Part shown: piece by piece, positions 10,646 through 23,135 of the stretch
Layout: the number at the start of each line of letters is the position of its first letter
Position numbering within the stretch: position 1 is the stretch's first letter
Assembly (NCBI GenBank): GCA_043228905.1
Contig: JBHGNT010000007.1
Span: 20,894,001-20,958,000 of the forward strand
DNA from: Azolla caroliniana
Taxonomy: Eukaryota > Plantae > Polypodiophyta
Length of the DNA stretch: 64,000 nucleotides
Direction of reading: 5' to 3'
Made by a program: the position numbers and the translations under genes
The notes under the pieces: model-generated
The model's database searches: none
Seen by the model: only the letters and a program-made list of their open reading frames with translations
What the model was told of the DNA's origin: nothing

Positions 10646-11187
10646 CCGGTCCACAGTCTTGTACCTCGTATCCGCGCACGCCGTCTGGTCCAACCTGATC
10701 CTTTCCCCGAAGTCGGCAATACTTCATACACTCCCACCGAGCTAACCAGAATCATCTAGTCTTTGCTGAGGCCTTCTTCGATCACCTTCCCGATTTCCCC
10801 GAGGGTGTCGTGGAAAGAGACCGCCTCCACGACCGCTTCCTGAATCGTCCCTATGCCTGTTTCTTCTCTCGGCTAATGAAGCTGGCTATCGTACAACCTC
10901 CGCTATCGGAGAACCAAAACTTCCTACCTATGGTACATGTGTGGCGATCCTCCGAGGTGCCCGGACTACCGCGGCCCCAAGCCTTGATAGTCTTCTCTAA
11001 AAATCCCCTCGGCTTTCACCGCCAAGGGTCTCGCGGTTCGGTCACACGGTTAGAAATTGGACGGAGTGTCGTCCATCTTGGCTCTTCACGGGTGTGTACG
11101 CCCAACCGTTATCTAGCAATTTCGTCTCCATACGCGCTGTCGTAATGTACGATTCTCCGAGTATATCACCGGATGCGAGGATGTCTC

Positions 11188-12255
11188 CTACACGAAGAAG
11201 TGCTGGTCAATCTTGACATCACCGATTTCCACCCGCACATTCGGGCCGGCCCCATGCAGCTCCTCCGTGGCGCGCATCGCCGCTCGTATTTTCCACCCGT
11301 GCTTGGTGTTGATCAACCACTTGCCTTTCTTGTAGAAGTCCATAGACATCAGGTTGATCTCCCAACCGTGGTCTACTAATGCCACCACTGGCTCCTGGAC
11401 GTCCCCGATCCTAACTAGGGTCTCCGTAGTGGCTCTTGCCCAGTGCATCTTTAAATAGTGGCTTTCCGCCAACTCGTCTTCCAAGGCCATGTCTTCTAGG
11501 TGTGTCATTCGCACCTCCACCGGCCTCTCCGGCTCCGTCTCCGTCGAAAGCCTTTTCCAGTTCACCAAGTCCACAATGGAGTCATGGAATTCTTTCTTGG
11601 CGATCCCAAGCACTTCCCATAGCGACAGCTCCACCTTGCTGTCGAGGATACGTTCCTCAAGGACCTTCCGTAGGTCCGTCGTTCTTTCTATCTCGGTGCT
11701 CAACCGGTAACCGGCTTTCTTTGCTTTATCCAGTGTGCCAACATCACCAGTGTCATTCTGCTTCGGCCCAGATCGGGTCTCGTACCGTTGCGAGGGTTCG
11801 GCCCCTCCGGCTTTTCCCGCACGCTTGTCTTCTACCAGAACTTCATAGTTCTGGCACGCGGCTTCCACAAAGCTGGTCTTTTCTTCGACCGAATCGCTCC
11901 ACCCGATGATCTCCCAGACTCGTCTTTCCGCACGGTCCGCTTCCTCCCTTCTCAATCGCACGCCGGCGAGGCCTTCTAGCACCACCGGCCAGAACCCAGA
12001 GTCTTTCGTCTTCCGGACTTTGTCCCTCCTGACCCGGATTCCTGCCGACACCGAGTAGTGGATGGTCTCCATGTGGCGCACCGCCGCTTCTTCCATCAGT
12101 CTCTTCATTCCTCCCCGACCGATATTCAGCTCCAGGGCTCTCCAGGTCTCACTAGCATGCACCCTCCCATTCCATAGGTACACCACATTAGCCCTTATTG
12201 CTTCTACGAAGTCCACGTAGTCCTTCCGGACGTGACCGACCGCGTCACACCACAA
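11188..12255 (-). pseudogene. Gag C-terminus and aspartic protease of E0
   Basis: 355-aa ORF with a degenerate CCHC-like segment and a D-x-G-x-E-I-N-L protease-type motif; frameshifted from the flanking pieces. Confidence 0.7.
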
Positions 12256-13242
12256 GCACCGAAGCCCACCCGGAGGCCTTCAGTCGTGAGGTTGCTCATC
12301 GTCGTCCCTCCTTGCTTATGCGATGTGGAGGTCTCGCACCATCTGCATCAATTCTTCCAGAGCCGCTCCGCCGGACGGGCCCTTGACCACGCGGGACGAA
12401 CTTGTCTCAAGCTAGTCTTGGATTTCCTCCTTACATGCCGGCAGGAGTCCCTCGAGGTTTCTTGCCGCAACCACTCTTGCCCCCGACGAGCTCTTGTCAA
12501 GCCACTCGCGCCGTTTGTCGAAACGGCCGCAGACCCCCTTTACTATGGCCCAATCAGTCGTCAGCCCATCATCTTTCTCCAACAGGAGACCCACTTGCTC
12601 TCGATCCTGCACATCCACAGCTTTGACAAATAAAAGGACACGGCTCATGTCCAATACGGTCTTGTCTAGTGCCGAAAGACGTGCGAAGCGTTCCTCGAAC
12701 TCCTGGAGGAGCGTCGACGCATTCCTTTGAAGTTAAAATCGTTGCCGGCCACAACCGGTTGTACGTGTGTGGAATAATAGTCAATCTAATGGAAAGGAAA
12801 AACAGAATATTGAAACTGAGAATAACACAGATTTTAGCGTGGAAACCCAAACTAGGGAAAAACCACGTGGAGTTCACAAAACTCCGGAACAGAACACTAT
12901 ATGAGAGAAAGGAATATAATCAGAGATCTCAGAGGCAACGACCTCGAGATCCTGCTTCGCCAACAAGCGGCTATGGAGCTCACACGCTTCCACTCACACT
13001 CGTTCACTCTCACCGTTACAGAGGCAACAACCTCGTCAACAGTAACTTTACAATAACGCACACATCTAACATGATTGCCCTAAGTGCTTATATACTAATG
13101 TAACCTTTCGACTATTTACAAACTTAGCCTTCCGTGTTGGCTATCTCCACGATTTCCGGTTTCGGCCTCGACCGAGTTGCTCATCAACACGGTTCTTCTC
13201 ACTTCCCATCCGGAGGGACTTGTTTCCTAACAAACTCCCCCT

Positions 13243-16200
13243 TCACTCCGGCATGGGATGTCTTACTAGTCTGATCCGCTTCCGACATGCATCCCGCTTG
13301 TCGAGTATCAGTATTTTGGTCAACATATCTGATCCGTTCTTGGCCGTGTGGATCTTCGTCAGCGCAAACTCTCGATCTTCTACTCGCTCCCGGATCCAGT
13401 GATACCTACGCTGGATGTGCTTCATCCTGGAATGGTACGTTGCGTTTATAGCAAGGTGGATGGCACTTTGACTATCGCAATAGAGCCGATATTCATCTTG
13501 CCAGATACCGAGCTCTTCGATGAAGTCCTTCATCCATAATATTTCCTTGCCAACTTCAACAGCCGCCATGTACTCCGCCTCCGTGGTTGATAACGCAACC
13601 GTCTTCTGCAGCCTCGACTGCCACGAAACAGCTCCCCCTGCATATGTCATTACATACCCGGATGTAGACCAGTTGATATCCACATTAGTCGACATATCCG
13701 AATCGGTAAAACCGTCAAGTTGAGGTTTACCAGAACCGAATCGGAGACACATATTCGAAGTGCCCTTCAAGTACCGGAGTATCCATTTGACCGCGTTCCA
13801 GTGCTCCTTGCCGAGATTGCTCATAAACCGGCTCACCACTCTGACTGCGTATCCAATATCTGATCGAGTACACACCATTGCGTACATTAAGCTCCCGACG
13901 GCAGAGGCATATGGAACCTTCCTCATATCCGCCTTCTCTAGTTTTGTCTTCAGGCTTTGCTTACCAAATAATCTGCAGTTTGCCAAGAGTGTCGATCCGA
14001 CCGGTTTCGCTTCTAACATGTTGAACTGTTGAAGTACCTTTGTCACGTATTTCTCTTGTGACAACCACAATTGCTTCTTTGACCAGTCCCGGATGATGTG
14101 CATCCCCAGTATCTGTCTTGTCGGGCCCAAGTCTTTCATTGAGAAAGTTCGGTTGAGAGCCTTCTTCAGCATCCGTATTTTGGCTTGGTCCAGTCTGACG
14201 ATCAACATGTCGTCCACATACAGAAGGAGTATCAGGAAGTCGCCTCCTTCAAACTTCTTCACAAACACGTAGTGATCGGTTTGCGTTTTGTGATATCCTT
14301 GGTCGGTCATGAAAGAGTCGAACTTCCGGTACCATTGTCGGGGAGCCTGCTTTAGTCCATACAGGCTCTTCTTCAACCGGCAAACCAGGTGCTCCTTCCC
14401 TTTCTCCACGAATCCTTCCGGTTTCTGCATATAGATCTCCTCTTCGAGGTCACCGTGAAGGAATGTCGTCTTCACGTCCAACTGCTCTACCTCGAGGTCC
14501 ATGCTTGCCGCTATACTCAGCACCGTCCGGATGGAAGTCATCTATACTACCGGGGCGAATATCTCGTCGAAGTCCATGCCCTTCTTCTGCTGGAATCCCT
14601 TCACCACGATCCTGACTTTTTATCTCGGGGGGTTTCCAGCATCTCCCGGTTTCAACTTGTACACCCACTTGTTCCGGAGTGCCCGATTTCCTTTCGGCAA
14701 CTCCACCAATTCGTACGTATGGTTCTCATGCAGGGAATCCATCTCGTCCTGCATGGCACTTAACCATTTGCGGCTATGGGCGTCACTTTTAGCTTCCTCG
14801 AAGCTTTCTTGCTCCCCCTCATCGGTTAGCAACATGTGCTCTAGATCCGGAAATCTCCGGGGGGGCCTTCTCTCTCTGAGAGGATATCTTCATCCTTGGG
14901 CTTCGGTAACTGGCTCCTCCATTTGCTCTTCATCCAAATCCGATTTGGGGTCTTGTCCGGTTTCGGTTTCACCTATTCCTTCTTCTTCAGCCGGTTTTGT
15001 CTCCTCACCGTCACCGGCCGGTTCATCGAGTGCTAACCGGCTTCTTGCCGGTTGGAACTGCATTTCATCAAATCGAAATTTTTCCTTACCGGTCAACTCG
15101 GAGTTCATTATCTTCTTCTCCGACTCCCAGTCGACGAGTGTCTTGTCCTCCATGAAGATAATATCTCGACTCCGGAACACTTTCTGGTCGACCGGGTCCC
15201 ACACTCGGTAGCCAAACTCATCGTCACCGTAATCGAGGAATATGCATGGCCGGGTTTTCGGATCTAACTTTCCTCTCCGGTCCTTAGCTACATGCACGTA
15301 CGCAAGACACCCAAATACCTTCAGATGCCGGTAGGACACTTCCTTACCAGTCCAGACTCTCTGCGGTGTGTCTCCGTCCAAGGGTACTAAGGGTGATCTT
15401 TTTATCACATATGACGTCGTTGACAGTGCCTCAGCCCAAAACGTCTTGGGTAATTTTGCATGCGCCAGCATACTCCAGACCCTCTCCCTTATGGTCTCGT
15501 TCATCCTTTTGGCCAGCCCGTTTAGTTCCGGGGTCTTTGGCACGGTAAATTCGAGTCGGATTCCCTTCGAGCGATAGTACTCCTCGAACTGCCCCTGGTA
15601 TTCTCCTCCATTATCTGCTTGAACCGCCTTCAGCTTCCAGTCGGTTTCTCTTTCCACTCTCGCGTGGAGCTCTTTGAAAACGGATAGCACCTGATCCTTC
15701 GTCTTCAATGGTGTGGCCCACAGCTTCCGGTTGTGGTCATCTATGAACGTCACGAAGTACTACGATCCGGCATGTGACTTCGTGTCCACTTGACACACAT
15801 CAGTATGCACCAACTCTAGTGGTGCATTATGTCTCATCGGTGGCCTCGATTGGAAGGAGGTCCGGTTTTGTTTACCGGCCAGACAATCAGTGCACTTCTC
15901 CAAGTGCACGTTCTTCACTGGAATGAGGTTGTCGTCTGCAAGCCTCTTCATCCCCTTCTCGCTCATGTGACACAGCTTCTTGTGCCATAGCTCACCGGCA
16001 ATGTCGGATGCCACGTTCACTTCCTCCGAACATAACCAGGCATTCATCAAGTACAGAGTGTTGACTTTCCGGGCCCGAGCCAGAATCAGGCTCCCTTTGT
16101 TGAACCTAATAACACCGTTCTGGATGCTACCCGTGTAGCCTTCATCATCTAGCCGACCGGCTGATATTAGGTTCAATCGAACCTCCAGAACATGTCGAAC

Positions 16201-16581
16201 ATCCTTCAGCAACATCTTGCATCCGGTTGATGTCGTCAACCACACATCTCCTATGCCGACAATTTGGCATGTACCTTCATTCCCCATCTGAACACGGTCG
16301 TGGTCACCGGCTGAGTAGGATGAGAAGCATTTTCTATCCGGGGTCAGGTGGAACGACGCTCCAGAATCGACCACCCAAGTCATCTCGGTGCCGGCAAGGT
16401 TCAGCTCACTCTCCTTGGTGATAAGCATTAGCTCCTCTTCGTTTGCCGTGATTGCCGTCGTTCCTTTCCGGTCCTGCCCTCGCCGATCCGAACTGTTTCG
16501 GTCCGATGACTTCTTCGAATCGGTACTGTTGATTTCCTTGTCTTTCCAGAAATGCCGAAAATTCTTCTGGAAGTGCCCCAA
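13243..16581 (-). pseudogene. pol: Copia pol (protease, integrase, RT, RNase H) broken into ORFs 15760-16581, 14890-15753, 14620-14835 and 13243-14541
   Basis: WVVDSGASFH; LELVHTDVC...DNGGEY...PELNGLA; [31 protein letters not shown]; ALSTTEAEY, KHIQRRYHWIRE. Confidence 0.92.
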
Positions 16582-16647
16582 CTTCCCGCAATAGAAGCAA
16601 GTAGGCCTCCCTCTTGACTTTGACCGTGTCCCTGATTTTTCCCGGTT

Positions 16648-17295
16648 CTAGGGACTCCGGTTCCTTTGTCTTCCATGTTCCGATTCGGAAAGGAGCGCTT
16701 TTGAGTCGGGGATCGGTTCCTTGTCCTTCCGACTTGCCTCCTTGTTCAGGATGCTTGTCTTCACCGTCTGCAAAGACAAGTTCTCTTCTTGGCGGGAGGT
16801 GCTGAGAGTAACCACCAAGTTCTCCCAGCTTTCCGGCAAAGTACACATTAGCATGATTTCCTGCATGGCATCATCCAAGGGGAACTTGATTGCTGCAAGT
16901 TGATTTACATACCCCATGAATGTGCTTATGTGTTCAACCATGCTCTCGCCATCTTTGTATTTCAGGTTTACTATTTTCCTCATCAATGAGGTTCTGCTTA
17001 GCGCATTCTTCCTCTCATAAAGACCCGATAGCTTCTGCCACATCTCGTGGGCATTCGTGTTGTTCGCCATGTGCTGAAGGACACTTACGTCGACACACTT
17101 TCGGATAGTGGCCACGACTTTCCTATTCAGAAGCTTCCAATCCGACTCCAATACCCCCTTTGGTATTTCTGATATGTCGATTGGCTCGTACAGGTCTTTT
17201 ACAATGAGAAGGTCTTCCATCTTAATCTTCCAGTCTGCATAGTTCGGTGAATTTAGAACCATCATACCTAGGAAACCGCTCCCACCTCCTTCCAT
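16648..17295 (-). pseudogene. gag: Copia gag (frameshifted before the Zn knuckle)
   Basis: LNSPNYADWKIKMEDLL...LPESWENLVVTLS is a typical copia gag; CFYCGKLGH knuckle in the adjacent frame near 16600. Confidence 0.85.
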
Positions 17296-18179
17296 TTTCT
17301 GTGTTGCTCACTCTCATACCAGTTTGAAGTTAAAATCGTTGCCGACCACAACCGGTTGTACGTGTGCGGAATAATAGTCAATCTAATGGAAAGGAAAAAC
17401 AGAATACTGAAACTGAGCATAACACAGATTTTAGCATGGAAACCCGAACTAGGGAAGAACCACGTGGAGTTCACAAAACTCCGGAACAGAACACTATATG
17501 AGAGAAAGGAATATAATAAGAGATCTCAAAGGCAACGACCTCGAGATCCTGCTTCGCCAACAAGCGGCTATGGAGCTCACACGCTTCCACTCACACTCGT
17601 TCACTCTCACCGTTACAGAGGCAACAACCTCGTCAACAGTAACTTTACAATAACGCACACATCTAACATGATTGCCCTAAGTGCTTATATACTAATGTAA
17701 CCTTTCGACTATTTACAAACTTAGCCTTCCGTGTTGGCTATCTCCACGATTTCCGGTTTCGGCCTCGGCCGAGTTGCTCATCAACACGATTCTTCTCACT
17801 TCCCATCTAGAGGGACCTATTTCCTAACATCCTCCCCTTTCCTGGGGTCTCTACCCAATCCATAAAGTCCCGCTTCGATAACCGAAACGTGTCATCAAAC
17901 TCGTACCGCTCGAGGAGTTGCACTTCGAATTCCCCCCAGGTCCAGCATCCAGCATGCACCCCAAGCACCTCTATGTGGATGCCCGATGTTGCTACCTGGG
18001 GAAACCCAGCCAGACGCCTCTCCTCCGGGATGTCCCTCATTACCATTTCGGCCCGGTAGGCCACCAAATAACTCGTGGTGTCCTTCCCATCGAACCGGCC
18101 TATTGTGCCGACAATTGCTTCAATGGCCCTGTCAAGGGCGCCCGTGCCCTCGCGAGCACTTACTATCCGATCGATTGCC

Positions 18180-21100
18180 GCCGAACGTAATCGGAGCCAT
18201 AACAAGCTCGACCTTATCCATTCAGATGTGTGGGGACCGGCACAGAATGTTAGTCTTGGAGGGAGTCGATATTTCGTCTCCTTCATCAACAACTATACGT
18301 GGCACACATGGATCTACCTCATTGAGCGGAAGAGTGAAGTCTTCGAGTGTTTCCAGAGTCTCCAAAGCATGGTGGAACGGGAATCGGAGAGGAAGATCAA
18401 ATGCCTGCGGTCGGATGGCGGAAAAGAGTACTTTTCCGGCCAATTCAACAATTATCTACAACAAAAGGGAATTCGGCGAGAGTTCAGCTGCAGATACACA
18501 CCACAACAGAAACGGTGTTGCCGAAAGGAAGAACCAGACGCTTATTGATGCGGCAAGGGCAATGCTGGAGGAGAAGAGCATGCCCAAATTCTACTGGGCA
18601 GAGGCAGTCCGAACAGCTGTCTACATCCAGGACCAGATCGGTGTATTTCGGATGCAAGCCGAATTTGAGACACCTTAAGATCTTCGGTAGCATTGCATAT
18701 GTGCATGTACCGAAAGAGAAGCGGAGGAAGCTGGATGCAAAATCGGAAAAATGCATCCTAATCGGCTATGCTCAAGAGCAGAAGGGTTATAAGTGTTATA
18801 ACCCCCGGACAAAGCAGGTCCGAGTTAGTCGAGATGTCGAGTTCGATGAATCGGCATCGTGGTACTTCTTACCGGCTCCGACTTCCGAATCCAACCCGGT
18901 GCCGGTGGATGAGGCTAGTGAGCCTGAACCGGCCAAGGTAGAGGATGATGAATCGTGGACTCTGGATGAGAGTCCGGAATCGTTCCGGTTGAGCGGGCCA
19001 AATGACAGATTGAGTCAATTCGACCAGTCCTATGAGGAACCAACGAGTAGTGGAGACTCAGCCGTGCACTCCCCGCACAAGGAACCGAGGCGACGGTTCA
19101 CGCGCAAAGAGAAGGGGAAGAAGAAGATGCCAGAATTCGAAACCGGCAACGATGAGTCGGATCAGTGTGCATCCGACTCCAACAAGGAGAAAGGCGGATC
19201 TTCGGCAATGAAGACCGAACCGGCCAAGAAGGGCCTCAAACCGGGTAATAGTGAGTTACATCAGTCCACCTGCCACAAGGATCCCGTCAAGCGGTACGGG
19301 TACAATGAGTACATGACGCATCACTATGCGTACATGACTAAGGTGGTGAAAGTGCGTGAGCCGGAGAGTTACGCAGAAGTAGCCAAGGACGCAAATTGGC
19401 GTGCCGCTATGGAAGAAGAAATGCGGGCACTTGATGTCAACAAGACATGGGACCTAATTGACCCTCCTCGTCAATGTAAACCGATCGGATGCAAGTGGAT
19501 ATACAAGGTAAAGTACAACGCTGACGGTTCTGTTAACCAGTATAAAGCCCAGTTAGTGGCGAAGGGATACAGGTAGACCCACAGAATCGACTACGACGAG
19601 ACCTTCGCTCCGGTAGCGAAGATGACGACGGTTCGTGTGGTGCTGGCGGTTGCTGCAGCAAGGGGGTGGCATCTTCACCAGATGGATGTGAAGAATGCGT
19701 TTCTTCAGGGTGATCTTGAAGAAGAAGTCTTTATGACTCAGCCCCCCGGCTTTGAATCGGAGATGAACAAGTCGGCGGTATGTCAGCTGAAGAAGTTGTT
19801 GTACGGCCTGAAGCAAGCCCCTCGAGCTTGGAATGCAAAGATCATGCACCGGTTGCGTAAGATGGGGTTTGTGGCCTCCAAATTGGACTCTTCATTGTTC
19901 ATCCGGCAAGGCTCAGCCGATCCGGTATGTATACTACTGTATGTTGATGATCTAGTCATCACCGGACCAAGAGTTCTAGAAATCAACCGCGTCAAATCCC
20001 AGTTGTCGGGCGCATTTAAGATGAAGGATCTGGGGGACCTTCATTATTTTCTAGGGATCGAGGTGATCCGAACCCCGGACGGCATATTGCTCTCACGACA
20101 ACATTACGTCTTGAATATGTTGTACAAGTTCGGCATGACAAAATGCCGACCTGTCTCCACACCCTTGGCCCGGAACCAGAAGCTTCGTCCCAATTCCGGA
20201 CCGGCCTGCAATGAGAAACGGTTCTGACAAATCGTCGGAAGCCTTATTTACTTGACTATCACGCGACCCGACATCAGCTATCCGATCGGAATGATAAGTC
20301 AATTCATGTAGAAGCCGACCGTGGAGCACCTTCAGTGCGCGCAACGGATACTGCGATATGTAAGCGGCACGAAGGACCAGGGCCTATTATACCGGCGCGG
20401 TATACCCGAAGAGCTCGTCGGTTACACGGATGCCGACTGGGCCGGCGATGCATCAGATCGTAGATCAACCTCCGGTTACATGTTTTCCCTAGGTAGCACG
20501 GCTGTAGCATGGAGCAGCAAAAAGCAACCAACAGTTGCTCTGTCGAGCATTGAGGCTAAGTATCGGGGTGCTACCATTGCCACCTGTGAAGCCATTTGGC
20601 TTCGGCGACTGCTGCAAGACTTACGGATCGAGGTACAGATCCCGATTCTGGTCTAATGCGACAACATAAGTAGCATGCAACTCGTCAAGAACCTTGTGTT
20701 CCATGCTCGCACGAAGCACATAGAAGTGCATTATCACTTTGTGTGTGAGCGGGTCCTGAGCGGTGAAGTTGAACTACGATATGTTCACACGGATTGGCAA
20801 GTAGCCGACATCTTCACCAAGCCGCTCGGATCGGACAAGTTGCAGCACTTCACCGAAATGCTTGGTGTCCAGCATCTCGATGTGCCACACTTGAGGGGGA
20901 GAACGGGCAAAGGCAAAGAGACTGCCAATTGCGCTAGTGAGGGAAGAACAGAAGGCGGCAGAGTCAAGAAGGACAGAGCCGACCGAAGGAAGAAGGCCAA
21001 GACCCGGACATGGTCCAATGTGGTGAAGGGCTTGGAACCAGAAGACAAATGGGGAGCAACCGATTCGAACAAGAGCTGGAACGAATCAGAGACAGTCGAT

Positions 21101-21812
21101 TCGGTTCAAAAGACAGATTTGGAAGAACCGGATCAATTCAAGGCCAAGCAGACACAGATGCAGCGGAAGTCGATGCCATCGCGGAGGAACAGACGGATCG
21201 ATAAGCGTCGGAGTCATAGCAGCGAAGGAGCTGAGAGGGGCCTATTGAGTAGACATACCGATCGAGAAGGTCGAGGCACGCAGAACAAGAGGGGTCGCGG
21301 CAAACAGAACCAAACTGGACGAGGAGCGCGAGCAAGGCGGAGCGACGCCAGGAGAAGTCGGTTGGAAGAACCGACTGCCACAAAGACTGACACTAGGATC
21401 CAACCTCAAGTTGAGCTTGAGGGGGAGTGTTGAAGCGGCAAGCTCAACTGGAGCCGGATCAGCTGAATAAGCCTGAGCCGGCAAGCGAGACGGATCGGTA
21501 AGCCGACAAGCAACAAAGCCGGTTAGCCGGGTCCAATCGGTAACCGGAAGCCTAGTATTAGTTTAGACTACTAGGCAATTATAGTCTCGTAGTAAGTGTC
21601 AGAAGCTCGTGTGAGCATTGAAGTACGCGGTACTTTTGTCAGTCCCATGAGGACTTGTATAAATAGTGCTACTGAGCACAATTGTAAATGACGAAGGCAT
21701 ATATCGTTTTTGAATATAGCTTTGAGGTTCTGCTCTCTCTGTCTCTCCCGGGTACTCTGTGTATTCCCTAATCTCTCTGTTTTTCTAACGCTTCCGCAAG
21801 TAATCGTTTACA
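18180..21812 (+). mobile_element. pol: 3' half of a Ty1/copia element (INT-RT-RNase H plus 3' LTR ~21428-21812), degenerate
   Basis: [73 protein letters not shown], with stops and frameshifts. PPT TTGAGGGGGAG then TG at 21428. The LTR right end (TTTACA at 21812) is inferred without a partner LTR. Confidence 0.88.
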
Positions 21813-23135
21813 GAAACCTTAGCTCTCCTAATTGTGTAGAGTGGCAATATGCACAAGAGTTTTTATGATATATGAAAACCTCTTGTATTCGCAAACTAGA
21901 ATATGTTATCATGAGTACTCATTAATCAAGATTCAAAACTTCTAACTTCTATTGATGGGAGGGCCTGGTTGAGGACTTAGATAGTTACTTCAACTGATTT
22001 TTTAGAAGTGTTCAAGGTACTGGAGACAGACATGGGGGGACATCGGATCGAAGCGGTTCACTATACACAATATGGAGGCATTCTGAAGAACTTGAGAGTA
22101 ATGACAACATGTGGATGATGGTCTCTACTTAAAAATAGATAAAATGTGAAGGGAAGAAGTGAATGTGGGGGGGGGGGGTGGTATTCTCATGAATTTAATT
22201 TATATACACCATAGCTTCTGTTGTATAGCAGGCTCCACAGAACAGAGAACAGAGAACACAGAGAACAGAGACCAGAGCCATATGTGGGTTCTGGGCAGAT
22301 TCTCTGTCCTGTGCTGGTCTCCCCTCTCCCCTCATCGCATGCTGTCAACTGGTTTCCCTTCAGCTTCCCAGGTTCATGTCCATTACATTTCACCTCACAC
22401 TAAGTTGAATGCATTGTGATATAATTTAGTAGATTTTTGTGAAGAATAATTGCTTGGATTTTTGGTCGGTTTGAAGAGTTCGACTGAACATTGAGTTCAC
22501 CATGCCATCACTAGCAAGCTATTAGTTATGTATAGCATACATACATACATACCTACATCCAGCCATCGATCCATGCATATCTCCATAGACAAACACAAAC
22601 ACCCTACCTGCATATATATGTACATATATACACACATCGGTACGTGCGTGCATATACATAACATGTATATATGTGTGTAACCCGTCAATTATATCCACAA
22701 TAATATAATATAATATGATATCTTTTATGGAAAAAGAGAGAGGAATATTGTATATTTAGGTGAAGAAGATTTTTTCAAGTGAAGAAAACAATTTCATGAC
22801 ATGGCTACGGAATAGGGGAGAGAATGAAGCTTGTGAATCTGTTGCAATGGGAATGTCTGCACATGGAAGGTATGATGACATTGCAAAGGATGCATTTCCA
22901 GGCAATGAATGAAATGTCTTGTTTTGCCTTATGTGTTTGTTCTCTATTGAAAAAGGGGATTATTTGCAATAAAGCAAATCAAGGCGGGACACCACATTCT
23001 CAAGATATCAAAAAATCTAGTATGACAAAAAGCTACATATTTTCACATTTCTACCACTAAAATACTTCAACGAATTATAGCTCTTATTGACGGTGCACAT
23101 ATGCTCTTTGGTATTCCTAAATCCATTTATTTCAG

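Larger units (their letters stand above)
12728..17829 (-). mobile_element. Full-length Ty1/copia retrotransposon (Tnt1-like), degenerate ORFs
   Basis: 505-bp LTRs at 12728-13232 and 17325-17829. TSD TCCTT/TCCTC. Met-like PBS TGGTATGAGAG; PPT AGGGGGAGTT. Domain order gag-PR-INT-RT-RH. Confidence 0.95.
10646..18180 (-). mobile_element. E0: Ty3/gypsy gag-protease element, probable autonomous relative of E1-E5; 5' LTR missing; interrupted by a copia and by E1
   Basis: Gag pieces IGRFDGKDTTSYL (17807-18180) and RVLLFVKAVD...GLTTDW (12412-12654). Zn-knuckle-like C.WCDAVGH and protease-like VALVDHGWEINLMS in ORF 11188-12255. YKTVDR motif right at the E1 insertion point. Confidence 0.75.

Noticed and set aside
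12669-13103. ORF repeated at 17356-17700 as a duplicated gene
   Set aside because: It is simply the two copia LTRs; the same applies to 50617-50856 and 54480-54719 in the E5 LTRs.
22159-23060. Short ORFs as the missing SET N-terminus
   Set aside because: No SET-like motifs or consistent splice phase; low-complexity intronic sequence.
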